NCBI GenBank assembly: GCA_009103225.1
Contig: RHPI01000260.1
Span: 382,203 to 446,202 of the forward strand
DNA: 64,000 bases
Reading direction: 5' to 3'
From: Chlorokybus atmophyticus
Lineage: Eukaryota > Plantae > Mesostigma and Chlorokybus algae
This document shows, in pieces, positions 8,697 through 19,747 of the stretch. Made by a program: the position numbers and the translations under genes. Position 1 is the stretch's first letter; each line of letters opens with the position of its first letter. The notes beneath the pieces were generated by a model. It was not told the origin of the DNA. It saw only the letters and a program-made list of their open reading frames with translations, and did not search any database.

Positions 8697-10466
8697 TAAT
8701 AACATGGACGACATATGCTTACAGGGTTAATGTCGCTGTGAATCCTTGCTTTGCTGCCGTGAGCTACACCTGCTCCTGACATGCCGCACCTGCATGTATG
8801 CGTGTAAGCGCGCATATTGCAAAGACAGAGTGATAGAGCATGTGCATGCTCATGCGTGCGTGTATGTATGGCCAAGTGTGTGCTTTGTGTGCGTTGGTGC
8901 AACGATTTGCCCTCCCCACCCCCTTACGCACAGGAGCCACCGCCCTGCGCACACATCCTTACGCACAGCAGCCTGCTGTGCGTAAGGATGGCTCCACCGC
9001 CGCTTGGTGCTTTAAGCCGTGCACTGCAAGCGCAGGCAGCGCCTGCACCCTTAACTTATCTAAACCATGAGAGCACTACAAACCCTTTTCCCACTCCTTC
9101 AAGCTACTTTTAGCGCCGCCGCCGCCAACGTCAACGCCAACGCCAACGCTAACCTGACGCTCACTGGCTCACTGTTAAGCGTTAATCTCGTAATGCTTAG
9201 GCTGGGGGGAGAGGAAAACTTAATACCTAATCACTACTTGGTTATGTACATATAACGTACCTAACCTAAATGACTAGCGGAGACATAATTGTCTACACAC
9301 ATAGCCGGCACACTGTCTACGTAGACAATTATCAATACATATACGCATTCGGTAACTCACCTATTGGTAACTGACACAAGCGGCTTATTGCCTGTACTGT
9401 CATCCCGTTTAAGCTCTCAGTAACGGCACATAATTATCACTACCACCATTGGCATAAACTTGTAGTATTAATGCCAAGACTGGCACAAATGTTTAAGCAC
9501 GAGTGCTTACAACATTGTTGTTTTTACCACTACTGGCTTAAAGCGGCAGTGCTGTTTGAGTAATGTTGTGCCAGTATAGGCATTGAAGATCTTGTGTCAG
9601 GTCAAATCCTTTCACAAGCATTAACGGGTTTAAAACCCGTGCTGATAACAATGATGTGTCATTCATGAATGCACACAGGCTCAAATGATACAGTATTGGC
9701 ATAATGCATTCAAAAACACGCATGGGATTGTCTACAGCAGTGCCACGCTGTAGAGGTAGCCAGTTGCTATCAAAAACTCTATGGAGAGCCTATGCAAAGC
9801 CTTTAAAGAAAGCCCCAAAAGATCTTGGACCTGGAGCTGTGCAGTAGAGGTTAATGACATCTGAAGACTTTTGTTTTGAACAACCGAACCATGGTGACTC
9901 TGGTTGGACTTGAGCTGTGATACACCTTTGCAATCATTATTTCCGCCGCCAGTTCCAAATTCAGAGCCAGACCCTGCAAAGACCCCGCCGTACAACGTTC
10001 ATACCCATACCTAGACTTTGTAAATCCCAAGCTTGCCAAACCAAGACCCTCCAAACTCTCTGCAAAGAACCTGCCTCAGAGCCTTATAACCCAGATCCTG
10101 CAAAGACCCCGCCTTTAAACCTTCAAAGTCCCCTCAGACTCAGGCTCAGACTCAGACTCTTTCCAAACTTGGGCAAAACTCACCAGTGTTCTTCTGTCCA
10201 GCAACCTTCATCTCATGCCCTGCAACACCTAAAGACTTTTGAAATTACAGAGGAGTGAACCTTTTGTTGTTAAGAGACCTCACCACACACTCAAACACTG
10301 TTAGACTTCACAAAACCTTGTAGCACCTCACAACAATGCTCGATGTCTCTTTATTGAAGACTTTTAGCTCATGCCATGCGCGGCCTTCATGGCATGCTCC
10401 ACCACTAGCCACTATTCTGCTAATCCAAAATTGACCAATACCATTGCGCTCTGCTTGTTGGTGAGC

Positions 10467-10740
10467 TTAGCGAGGCAGTGCTCCTCCCTCGGTAAGGGTG
10501 TGATCACGTTGCCATAAATGTGCCTTCAGGCCTTGTATATCTCGAGCATCTTCTCCCTCGTTTGTGGATTGCCGTCCCTGTCTCCACAGTAGATACCAGC
10601 AGGTGAATTTGGCGAGGCAATGCTCCTCCCTCGGCAAGGTGATCACGTTGCCATAAATGTGCCTTGTATAGCCCTTGTATACCTCAAGCATCTTTTCCTC
10701 GTTGATGGATTGCCGTCCCAGTCTCCACAGCAGATGCCTT
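10467..10740. repeat. Degenerate tandem duplication, 2 x about 140 bp
   Basis: GCGAGGCA(G/A)TGCTCCTCCCTCGG...GATCACGTTGCCATAAATGTGCCTT...GGATTGCCGTCCC...TCTCCACAG occurs twice in succession. Confidence 0.85.
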
Positions 10741-10874
10741 CCCAATTCATCAAATAAGGATGTTCTAACACATCTTGCAAGTAGACTTGTGTTAAACCTA
10801 GCATAACCTAGCAACATGCAGACTTGCCCAGACAAACCCACTAGCCAACACAGCCAAAGAACATTTGACTAGGT

Positions 10875-11723
10875 TGTCATGCCGAAAGGGCTGGCAAAAG
10901 TCACTCTCATGTTCCTTACTTATGTGGTAAGAAGAACTAAGTGAGGATCCCGTATAGTCAAGTTGTGTAGTACTTTGCATATGTGCTCATGAAGTTAGTT
11001 CTTGTGCACTTAATGTGCAAGGGCGTTGTAGCTACACATAGGCACTGTCTACTAGCAAGCACAGAGCTGGTTGGTGTCATATGTCCGCATGTATACATAT
11101 GGTTGCATATGCATGCATGTGTCCGCATATGAGTTCATATGTGCGGATATGAGTGATGTATGCATGTGTATGCATATGTCCGCATATGTATGCATATGTA
11201 TGAGGTCCTAGACTGATGTGACCAGCCTTGGGCGTTCACAATGTCCGAGGCTGATGTGTGATCAGTCTTGGGCGTTGACAAGATGTCCTAGGGCTGATGT
11301 GGCAGCTCCTAGGCATGAGTATAGGTCAACGTTGCCATGACAAGGCAAGTAGCCTTGGACATGGTTGTTCTAGGTCGGAGAGCAGCAAAGAGGGGTTATA
11401 TGAACGGCCTCAACAAGTGTTGAGGCAGCTCAGCATGTGCATACTCGACTCTTGTGTGTGGGGTGCCTAGTTCAGTTGTTCAAGGGGCTCTCCCTCTCAT
11501 CGCAAGTGGGGTGTAGTGTTCGTAGCAGCCTTGCACGTGAGTAAGGTGTGCTTGAGTGTGTGTGAGCTGAGTGGAGGGTTTGTTGTGCATCCTCTCCATC
11601 CCGTTGCGGTGCTGGTCATTCCTTCAACAAGGTGCTGCACCGTGGTATGTTGTGAAGAAGTTCTTGTGCGTGTGCACAAGTATGTGACATACACGAGCAG
11701 GTAAGTGTGTGTCCCACGTTACA
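10875..11723 (+). repeat. 5' LTR of chromovirus A (849 bp)
   Basis: Near-identical to 17249-18103; hand count gives about 15 substitutions and 2 indels totalling 6 bp. Confidence 0.95.
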
Positions 11724-12039
11724 TTGGACTCGGAGCTTGTTTTCAAGCCTTGCATGCTTGCCCATCAGCTTGTACACTTGCTACACGGTGCGTGTGTTGC
11801 ATTCTTTGCTTGCACGCGCTACATGGCAGTGTTTGCATGCTGATTGTGCATGTAGTTGGTTGCACCAGCTGCACGCACACTTGCATGCACGGTGTGGGTT
11901 GTATTCACACTGATTTGCGAACTAGTTGTGTGCATTTTCGCTGCGTTTTGCTGCGTGCACAGCTGGACTTGTGCGCGCGTGTGTGTGTTGAACACTACAC
12001 TCATTACGTGCTTGTGCACGAGCAGATTTTCCTTCGACA

Positions 12040-15000
12040 GTGACTGATCCGAATGCCAACACACTCGCGGCCCAAGTGATGGAGCTGCAAAACCAGGTGC
12101 AAGCCATGGTCACAGCCAATGCCTCCATGAAGGAGCAACACGAGCAGCAGCTACCCAAGATGGCAGCCGCAAAAACCCACAAGATGATGCCACGCTTGGA
12201 GTTCTTCTCCGGTGCCCATGATGGGAAGGGCAAGGATCTTGGTGTTGCCGTGCGTGACTAGCTTTCTGGTTGTAAGCATGTGTTGCATGCCGCTGACATA
12301 TTGCCTGGGCTTGAGGCCAAAGCAGTGTCGCTTTTGGCATCCTACTTGCGGGGAAGTGCTGCCCGCATGTGGGAAGGGGCTTCCCCACGTCTTGAGGCTG
12401 CTGGCAAGGATGTCGCAAGCCTTGACGTGTTTGAGACTGCTATGTCGTAGGCCTACGGGGGTGTAAACCCATCACAGAAGGCGCGTGACAAGTTGAGACG
12501 CTTGAAAGTCAAGCCCAATCAGTCCATTGAGGACTTCACTGTCTACTTCGAGACGGTGTGTGCCGAAGTTGGCCCCGACATGCCCTTATCAGAGGCAGAG
12601 AAGATGGACAAGTACTGGGCGGCTTTGCCTGAGGATACGGCAAAGCAATTGACCTTCAAGGAGGGCCTGGAGTCTTTCACACATGCTGACCATGACTTGA
12701 TAAAGCGCACGGCTGTGCAGTATGACAACAGCCAGCGCATGATCAACCAGACACGGAAGTTGTCCATTGTTGCCAACCAGCCCTCGAGCTCGACCACTCC
12801 CGCTGTGGGAAGTGGCAATGGCAACAACAGTCGCAAGCGCGGCCGCCCGGACGGCAAGGGCAAGCAGCCCTTTCAGCCAGTCAACAAGCAGCGCGCTACC
12901 AGCATCCCCGGAGTCAGCGTGGAGCTGAGGAATGCATGCTTTAAAGCCGGACTTTGTCTCAAGTGCGGGGAGAAAGGCCACCGCAAACTGCCCCAACCCC
13001 TCCAACGACAAGCCTGTCGCATAGGAACTCGGGGTGAAGAGTTGTTCTACTAGTAGCCCTGTTGCCAACTCTGTAAGTTGCTTGATGACTGTTGGCAATC
13101 CACATGCTTCCCTGTTGACATGCGATGTTGCTGTGAGGGAAAATGATGTGGGTGTGCCTGTTGACTCCGAATTTCTGATGCATGACTGTGTGAGCAAGCA
13201 AGTGCTGCTCAATGCGCCCTTTGACAAGTTGTCAATGGTGCTCAAGCACTATGTTGAGTGCAAGAGCAAGAGTCCGCATAACACAAGTGCATGTGTCATT
13301 GTGCCCGCGTATAGAGGACCATGGTCGTCTTTTACAAAGGGTATGCAAGTCATTCAAGAGATTGACAAGTCACAAACTGGCATAGGGTGCTAAGTGCGTG
13401 TCATGTATGACCCGCCTGTTCTCCACCGGGGAATCACTTGGACCTTACATGGTTGTTCAAGGCGTCAGTTGCACGCATACCAGCTACTCTGATGATAGAT
13501 ACTGGTACACCGGAGAACTTTGTAAGTGAGTCTCTGGTGCGGCGTCTTGGCATTCATGTTGAGAAGGCAAGTGAGGCAGTGACCTCACTTAATGAGCATG
13601 AGATCCCAGTCAAAGGGTCAGTGCAGCTGTCTTTGCGTGTGCAAGGCTATCATGCTCAACTGAGGTTCTTGGTTGTGCCAGTTGAAGTACCAGGTACGCT
13701 ACCAGGTACGCTACCAGGCACGCTTGCTGGGAGCGTGCTAATGGCCTGCGCACAGATGCAGACACTGGCCTTTGCAAAGTGCACAAAGGGCGAGGGCGTG
13801 TGACCCTGAGAGCTGAAGGGTGTGATGTCATGCCCGCTACTCACGGTGACACATCAAGTGATGTGTTCCCTCTGTTGTTGAGTGCCATGCAGGTGAAAAG
13901 AGCTGTGCGGAGAGGTGCTTAACCTCTTCTGGTCCTCGTCAAGCCACTTGCCAACGATGAGGGCACCACTCCACCCGGTGAGACTGTTAGCAGCTCACAG
14001 GACAATGCACTTGACGCTCTGCTGCATGAGTATTCTGATGTGTCTCAAGCTGACTTGCCTGAGTTGCCTCGTGAGCGGGAAGTGTGGCACACTATCCCTC
14101 TCGTATTAGGAGGACAACCCATTTAGGCCTGTGTATAGGCTAAGTCCAGCTGAGTTTGCGGACATGGAGAGGCAAATCAAGGCCTTGCTTGCGAAGGGAT
14201 TGATTGAGCCAAGTAGCTCTCCTTTTGGAGCACCCATTCTGTTCGTACCTAAGAAGGACGGTAGGCTGCGCATGTGCGTGGACTATAGGGCCTTGAACAA
14301 GCTTACCATTAAGAATGGGTATCCGTTGCCAAGGATAGATGATTTGCTTGATCAACTGAGCGAGGCCTCGGCGTTCAGCTCCATGGACTTGATCAGTGGG
14401 TACCACCAGATGCCGATCACACCGGAAGATGTGCCCAAGACAGCGTTTAGAACGCCTGTGGGACACTTTCAGTATAAAGTGCTGCCATTTGGGCTGTTGA
14501 ATGCGCCAGCTACCTTTCAAGCTATGATGAACCGTGTATTTCACAAGATGTTTGGGAAGACAGTACTTGTGTACTTGGATGACATCATGGTCTGTAAAGA
14601 CCCTGAGTCACATGTTACACATGTGCGTGAGGTTCTTGAAACGCTGCGTGCGAACAAGTTCTTTGCGTACATGCCCAAGTGTGAGTTTGGGAAGACGGAA
14701 CTTGAGTTCTTGGGGCACATTGTAAGCAAGGAGGGCGTGCACCCTGACCCCAAGAAGGTTGCTAAGGTCCAAGAATGGCCCGCACCCAAGAACGTGCATG
14801 AGCTGCGAGCATTCTTGGGGCTAAGCAACTATTTCCGGAAGTACATCCTTGGATACTCATTGCGAGTTGCTCCTCTCACAAACTTGCTACGTGACAAGGT
14901 TGTGTGGAGGTGGGGACACGGGCACCAGGTTGCCTTTGACTCTATCAACGAGGCTCTGGTGACAGCACCTGTGTTACAGTTGCGAGACTTCACCAGGCCC

Positions 15001-17000
15001 TTGGAGGTGATTAGCGATGCATCTCTAGATGGCACGCGAGCTGTGTTGCTTCAAGACGGACACCCTCTTGCGTACTTGAGCAAGAAGTTCTCTCCTGCTG
15101 AGAGAACCAATACCACAACTGAGCAAGAGTTGTTGGGAGTGGTCCATGCACTGCAAAAGTGGCGCTGCTATCTGGAGGGGGTGGAAGGTGGGTTCACGGT
15201 GATTACTGATCACAACCCACTTGTTTTCTTTCAGATCCAACCAACCCTGTCCCGAAGACAAGCAAGGTGGGCTAAGTTTTTGTTGCGTTTCAACTTTACT
15301 TGGGTATATTGTTCAGGTAGGTTGAATGTGGCAGATCCCTTGAGTCGCTCGCCTTTGTTATTGGCAGCAACAACACGTGCACGTGCACGCAGTCAAGGGT
15401 GGGCACAGTCTGATGACACAGGTGCTGGTACATCAACGCAGCCAGCAACATGTGAGTTGCCAGTTGCAAGTGAGGCAGCCAGCGGTGATGCACCAATGGT
15501 AGCTTCCAATGCAAGTGGGGAGGACCCACTGGCTGTTGATATTGAAGACATTGTGGCACGTCTACTATGGGCTTATGCACTTGACAACTGGTTTGCCGAG
15601 CTGCTCAAGCAAGGAGACGACAAGATCACTTGTCACAAAGGGTTGTGGTACCGCGAGGGCAAGTTGATTGTGCCAAATGCACTCGGACTTAGGCAAGAAT
15701 GCTTGTTTGAGGCACACGATGCTGTATACAGCGGTCACATGGGCATGACCAAGACCATCAACTTACTGCAGCGACAGTACTGGTGGCCGACATGGGTTGC
15801 TGATGCAACCAAGTATGTGCAAAGTTGTGACACTTGTCAACGTGACAAGGTCTCACACCGCAAGTCAGCAGGGCTACTTAAGCCGTTGGCTATCCCAAGC
15901 TATCAATGGGAGAGTGTGAGCATGGATCTGATCACAGATCTGCCCGAGACAAAACAAGGGCATAATGCCATCATTGTCTTTGTTTATCGGTTGACCAAGA
16001 TGGTCCGGTTTGAGCCATGTCGCACAGATGTGAGCGCGCAAGAGTTTGCGTATGCTTTTGTGAACACGGTGTTCAAACTGCACGATGTACCCAAAGAGTT
16101 GGTATCAGACCGTGATCCCAGGTCTACCAGTCAGTTCTGGCAGGCTGTGTGCCAATACTTGGGAACCAACCAGAGCTTGAGCACTGCTTACCATCCACAG
16201 AGTGATGGACAGACGAAGCGTGCAAACCAGGTGCTTGAAGACGTGCTGCGCCACTACACGTCACCCAAGTTTGATGACTGGGATGTGCATCTTGCATTGG
16301 CCGAGTTTGCTGTAAATCATGCATGGCAAGAGTCAATGCACAGCACTCCGTTCTTTCTCAACTATGGTCGTCATCCGTTGACACCAATGTCTCTGCAAGT
16401 TCAGCCATTTAGCAAAGTGCCAACGGCTAGAGACTTTACAAAGCACATGCATGCTGCATTGGCAAGTGCCAAGGACTGCTTGAGAGCAGCCCAAGATTGG
16501 CAAAAAATGTATGCTGATCGGCAGCGCAAGCCTGGTGCAGGTCTCAAAGTAGGAGACAAGGTCTTGCTGAGTTAAGAACATTGCTAAGAACATTAGACTC
16601 AAGACTAGTGGTGTGCGCAAGCTTCCACCGAGGTGGCTAGGGCCGTTCACAATCACAGCAGCTGTTGGTGGCCGTGCCTTTAGGCTTGAATTGCCAAAGA
16701 GCATGCGAATCCACAGTGTGTTCCATGAGGCACTGTTGAAGCCATACAGAAGTGATGGCCCGGTGCAACCTCCTCCACCTCCATATGCATGTGAGGTAGA
16801 GGGAGACCTCGAGTATGAGGTTGAGGCAGTTGTTGGCAAGAGGTTCCGGAAGTACAAGAAGACCTTCCGCACTGAATAATGTCAAGTGGCTTGGTTATGG
16901 CAAAGAGCATAACACCTGGGAGCCTATTTCCAACTTAACAAACTGTGCTGACAAGTTGGGTGAGTTTGAGAGTGAGCTCAAATCCACAGGTGCCACTTGA
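12040..17000 (+). pseudogene. gag-pol of chromovirus A (Gag, CCHC, Dam-like domain, PR, RT, RH, INT, chromodomain) with stops and frameshifts
   Basis: Gag LRRLKVKPNQSIEDF. Zinc knuckle CLKCGEKGH (frameshifted). PR MIDTG (13498). RT YLDD. RNase H ISDAS...TDHNPL. INT HDAVYSGH...CDTC and SMDLI...SDRD. Chromodomain EYEVEAVV...VKWLGYGKEHNTWEP. Confidence 0.93.
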
Positions 17001-17248
17001 GAGCATGTGCTCGGGTTGCAACATAGGTGTTGTACAAACACGTGCAACTTTCTCTTCTATGTGACATGCCAATACGCGCGCACTGGTACTTAGTATCAGA
17101 GTTGATTGTCACTCCCGCGACTTGCATTTTGTTTTACGCGTAGTGTGCGGTGGTTTAGCAGGCTTGGCCAACCTGGCTGGCAATCATTGTGCGGGGCAAT
17201 GAGCTCCATTATTTGCAACATGGGAGTTGCAATGCAAGTGGGGAGGAA

Positions 17249-18103
17249 TGTCACGCCTAAAGGGCTGGCAAAAGTCACTCTCATGTTCCTTACTTATGTG
17301 GTAAGTAAGAAGAACTAAGTGAGGATCCCATATAGTCAAGTTGTGTAGTACTTGGCATATGTGCTCATGAAGTTAGTTCTTGTGCACTTAGTGTGCAAGG
17401 GCGTTGTAGCTACACATAGGCACTGTCTACTAGCAAGCACAGAGCTGGTCGTCGTCATATGTCCGCATGTATATGCATATGGTTGCATATGCATGCATGT
17501 GTCCGCATATGAGTTCATATGTGCGGATATGAGTGATGTATGCATGTGTATGCATATGTCCGCATATGTATGCATATGTATGAGGTCCTAGACTGATGTG
17601 ACCAGCCTTGGGCGTTCACAATGTCCGAGGCTGATGTGTGATCAGTCTTGGGCGTTGACAAGATGTCCTAGGGCTGATGTGGCAGCTCCTAGGCATGAGT
17701 ATAGGTCAACGCAGCCATGACAAGGCAAGTAGCCTTGGACATGGTTGTTCTAGGTCGAAGAGCAGCAAAGAGGGGGTATATGAACGGCCTCAACAAGTGT
17801 TGAGGCAGCTCAGCATGTGCATACTCGACTCTTGTGTGTGGGGTGCCTAGTTCAGTTGTTCAAGGGGCTCTCCCTCTCATCCCAAGTGGGGTGTAGTGTC
17901 CGTAGCAGCCTTGCACGTGAGTAGGGTGTGCTTGAGTGTGTGTGAGCTGAGTGGAGGGTTTGTTGTGCATCCTCTCCATCCCGTTGCGGTGCTGGTCATT
18001 CCTTCAACAAGGTGCTGCACCGTGGTATGTTGTGAAGAAGTTCTTGTGCGTGTGCACAAGTATGTGACATACACGAGCAGGTAAGTGTGTGTCCCACGTT
18101 ACA
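17249..18103 (+). repeat. 3' LTR of chromovirus A (855 bp)
   Basis: Direct repeat of 10875-11723, preceded by the PPT and followed by the TSD. Confidence 0.95.
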
Positions 18104-19710
18104 TAGGTGCTCGCATCGTCCCGAGTCTCCGTTTGCTGACGCCGATCCTTCAGACACGAACGCAAGCATTTAATGATGTCCCCTCTTCGCCCTCATCACA
18201 CGTGTTGCCACTGCAAGGCCATGTCTCTGCAACCAGACATGCTGGCCAGGCCACCGTACGACCCTGCAAAAGCATTGATACTCAATAAAGTTGCACGATC
18301 AGGTGTATGTTCAGCGCTGCACAAACTTACTATGATGGTTTCACGCAGCTTGATCGTGGTAAGGCCAAGGGATCCTGCGCACAATCAACTCGATCACCGA
18401 TTACAAAACCAACGCAATGCATTAGTAATTACAAATGATGTCGCCAATGCTCTCGCAACATGTCTTCGGTTGAAGGTTCCGGTGATAATGGAGTCGGTAG
18501 CACAACGCTGACTCCAGCCTCGGAGTTTACCATGGTAAACTCGGATCCCAAACCGTTGGTGGTCCAAAATTTGCGTCGGGGGTGGTGCTGGCCGCCGCTT
18601 GCAGCCGCCCACCACTCGCGCTTCTCTCTTCTTCTTTCATTGTTCATATTTGCGCTGATCCTTAAACTTCCCTTTTCCTCGACTCCCGGTGTTGCACATG
18701 TCTTTGATGTGCTCCTTGATGTACTTTGCCACAACGCATGTTAGAGTTAACACCAATGACTTGGCATAAAAAGAACAGCTTTATGCAGCACAAAAAAAAG
18801 TAGACAAAGACAAACCCTGCACAGCATTGAAGGTGTCCAAAGCCCACAGCATAATTGTAACTGAACTGACAAATGTTGACAAGAGCAAGTACACAGGACT
18901 TTAGACTGTAGACTTAAACGGACAGGACAGTACTTGAACCCACACTCTCACTTGTTGGCTAGCTCAGGCTGTGCCCATTGCTCTGCAGTGGTGTGTGCTC
19001 GTCCAAAACCTCAGCGATTGCCGCGTTGCGTCGTTGCATGTCCTCGTCCTGACGCATGCGAAGGTCCACATTCAACAACTTCGCGTTTTGGGGGAAGTGC
19101 TCCGCTATCTTTGTCTTCAGCAGCTAGATGTTGTGCAATTGCGTGTAGTACTGTGCTGGGTAATGTTTCTGCAGCAAAGTTTTCCCTAATGGTTCGTCCT
19201 TCTCTCTTCTGACTCTGAAACACTTGACCTCCAAAAGACCCTTCTCCTAAGCTGCAGTCTCTCCCGTGTTTGACTCGCCTCTGTTACCATCAGCGCTTGC
19301 ACAGATAGCAAGTGCAAAACATAAACATCTATGGCTAGACTTTTAGAATCAAGGCTGGACTGCTACAAGGAATCAAAAGACCAATCGTTCTGAGAGTTTA
19401 AAAGCATGTAACATTGTCAACTTGCACAATGCTAACTTAGTCTTGTGCTTGGAGCTGCTTGGTGACACTTATGCACATCGTCGATTATGAGGGTTGCGAG
19501 ACAAAGGGTGGGACGCAGCATTCGAATGACGCTCATATTGAGCTTGATATAATATTTACCATCAAGTTTTTGAAGTTGTAATTGTTCAACGACAGTCTGT
19601 GCATGTTTGCTCTTACCACAATTTCTGCTCACACAATTAGCTATCCCTGCAACACCAAGCTGGCGACTGCTCCATACTCATTCAATGCCATGCTTGAAGC
19701 TACACATCTT

Positions 19711-19747
19711 CCTAACCTAACCCTAACCCTAACCCTAACCCTAACCT
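19711..19747. repeat. Interstitial telomere-like (CCCTAA)n tract
   Basis: Four perfect CCCTAA copies at 19721-19744 plus flanking partial copies. Confidence 0.8.

Larger units (their letters stand above)
10875..18103 (+). mobile_element. Full-length decayed Ty3/Gypsy chromovirus A
   Basis: LTRs 10875-11723 and 17249-18103 (TG...CA). 5-bp TSD TAGGT at 10870-10874 and 18104-18108. Degenerate iMet-like PBS TGGACTCGGAGC. PPT AAGTGGGGAGGAA at 17236-17248. Confidence 0.96.

Noticed and set aside
7861-8730. Poly-Q/N/T/V ORFs in many frames
   Set aside because: By-products of the (CAA)n/(GTT)n palindromic array; all frames are open on both strands.
9730-10260. Gly/Ser-rich minus-strand fragments with repeated GGVFAGSG
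   Set aside because: Many stops and no recognizable domain; probably a decayed repeat.
11078-11205. CATGCA/CATATG-rich tract in LTR A as RY (B3-factor) elements
   Set aside because: CATG/TGCA words are abundant throughout the window, consistent with CpG decay and simple repeats; there is no specific support.
19432-19632. Possible P-loop ATPase fragment (CGKS...LIIDDVH)
   Set aside because: Walker A lacks the first Gly, the ORF is short and isolated, and no other motifs are present.
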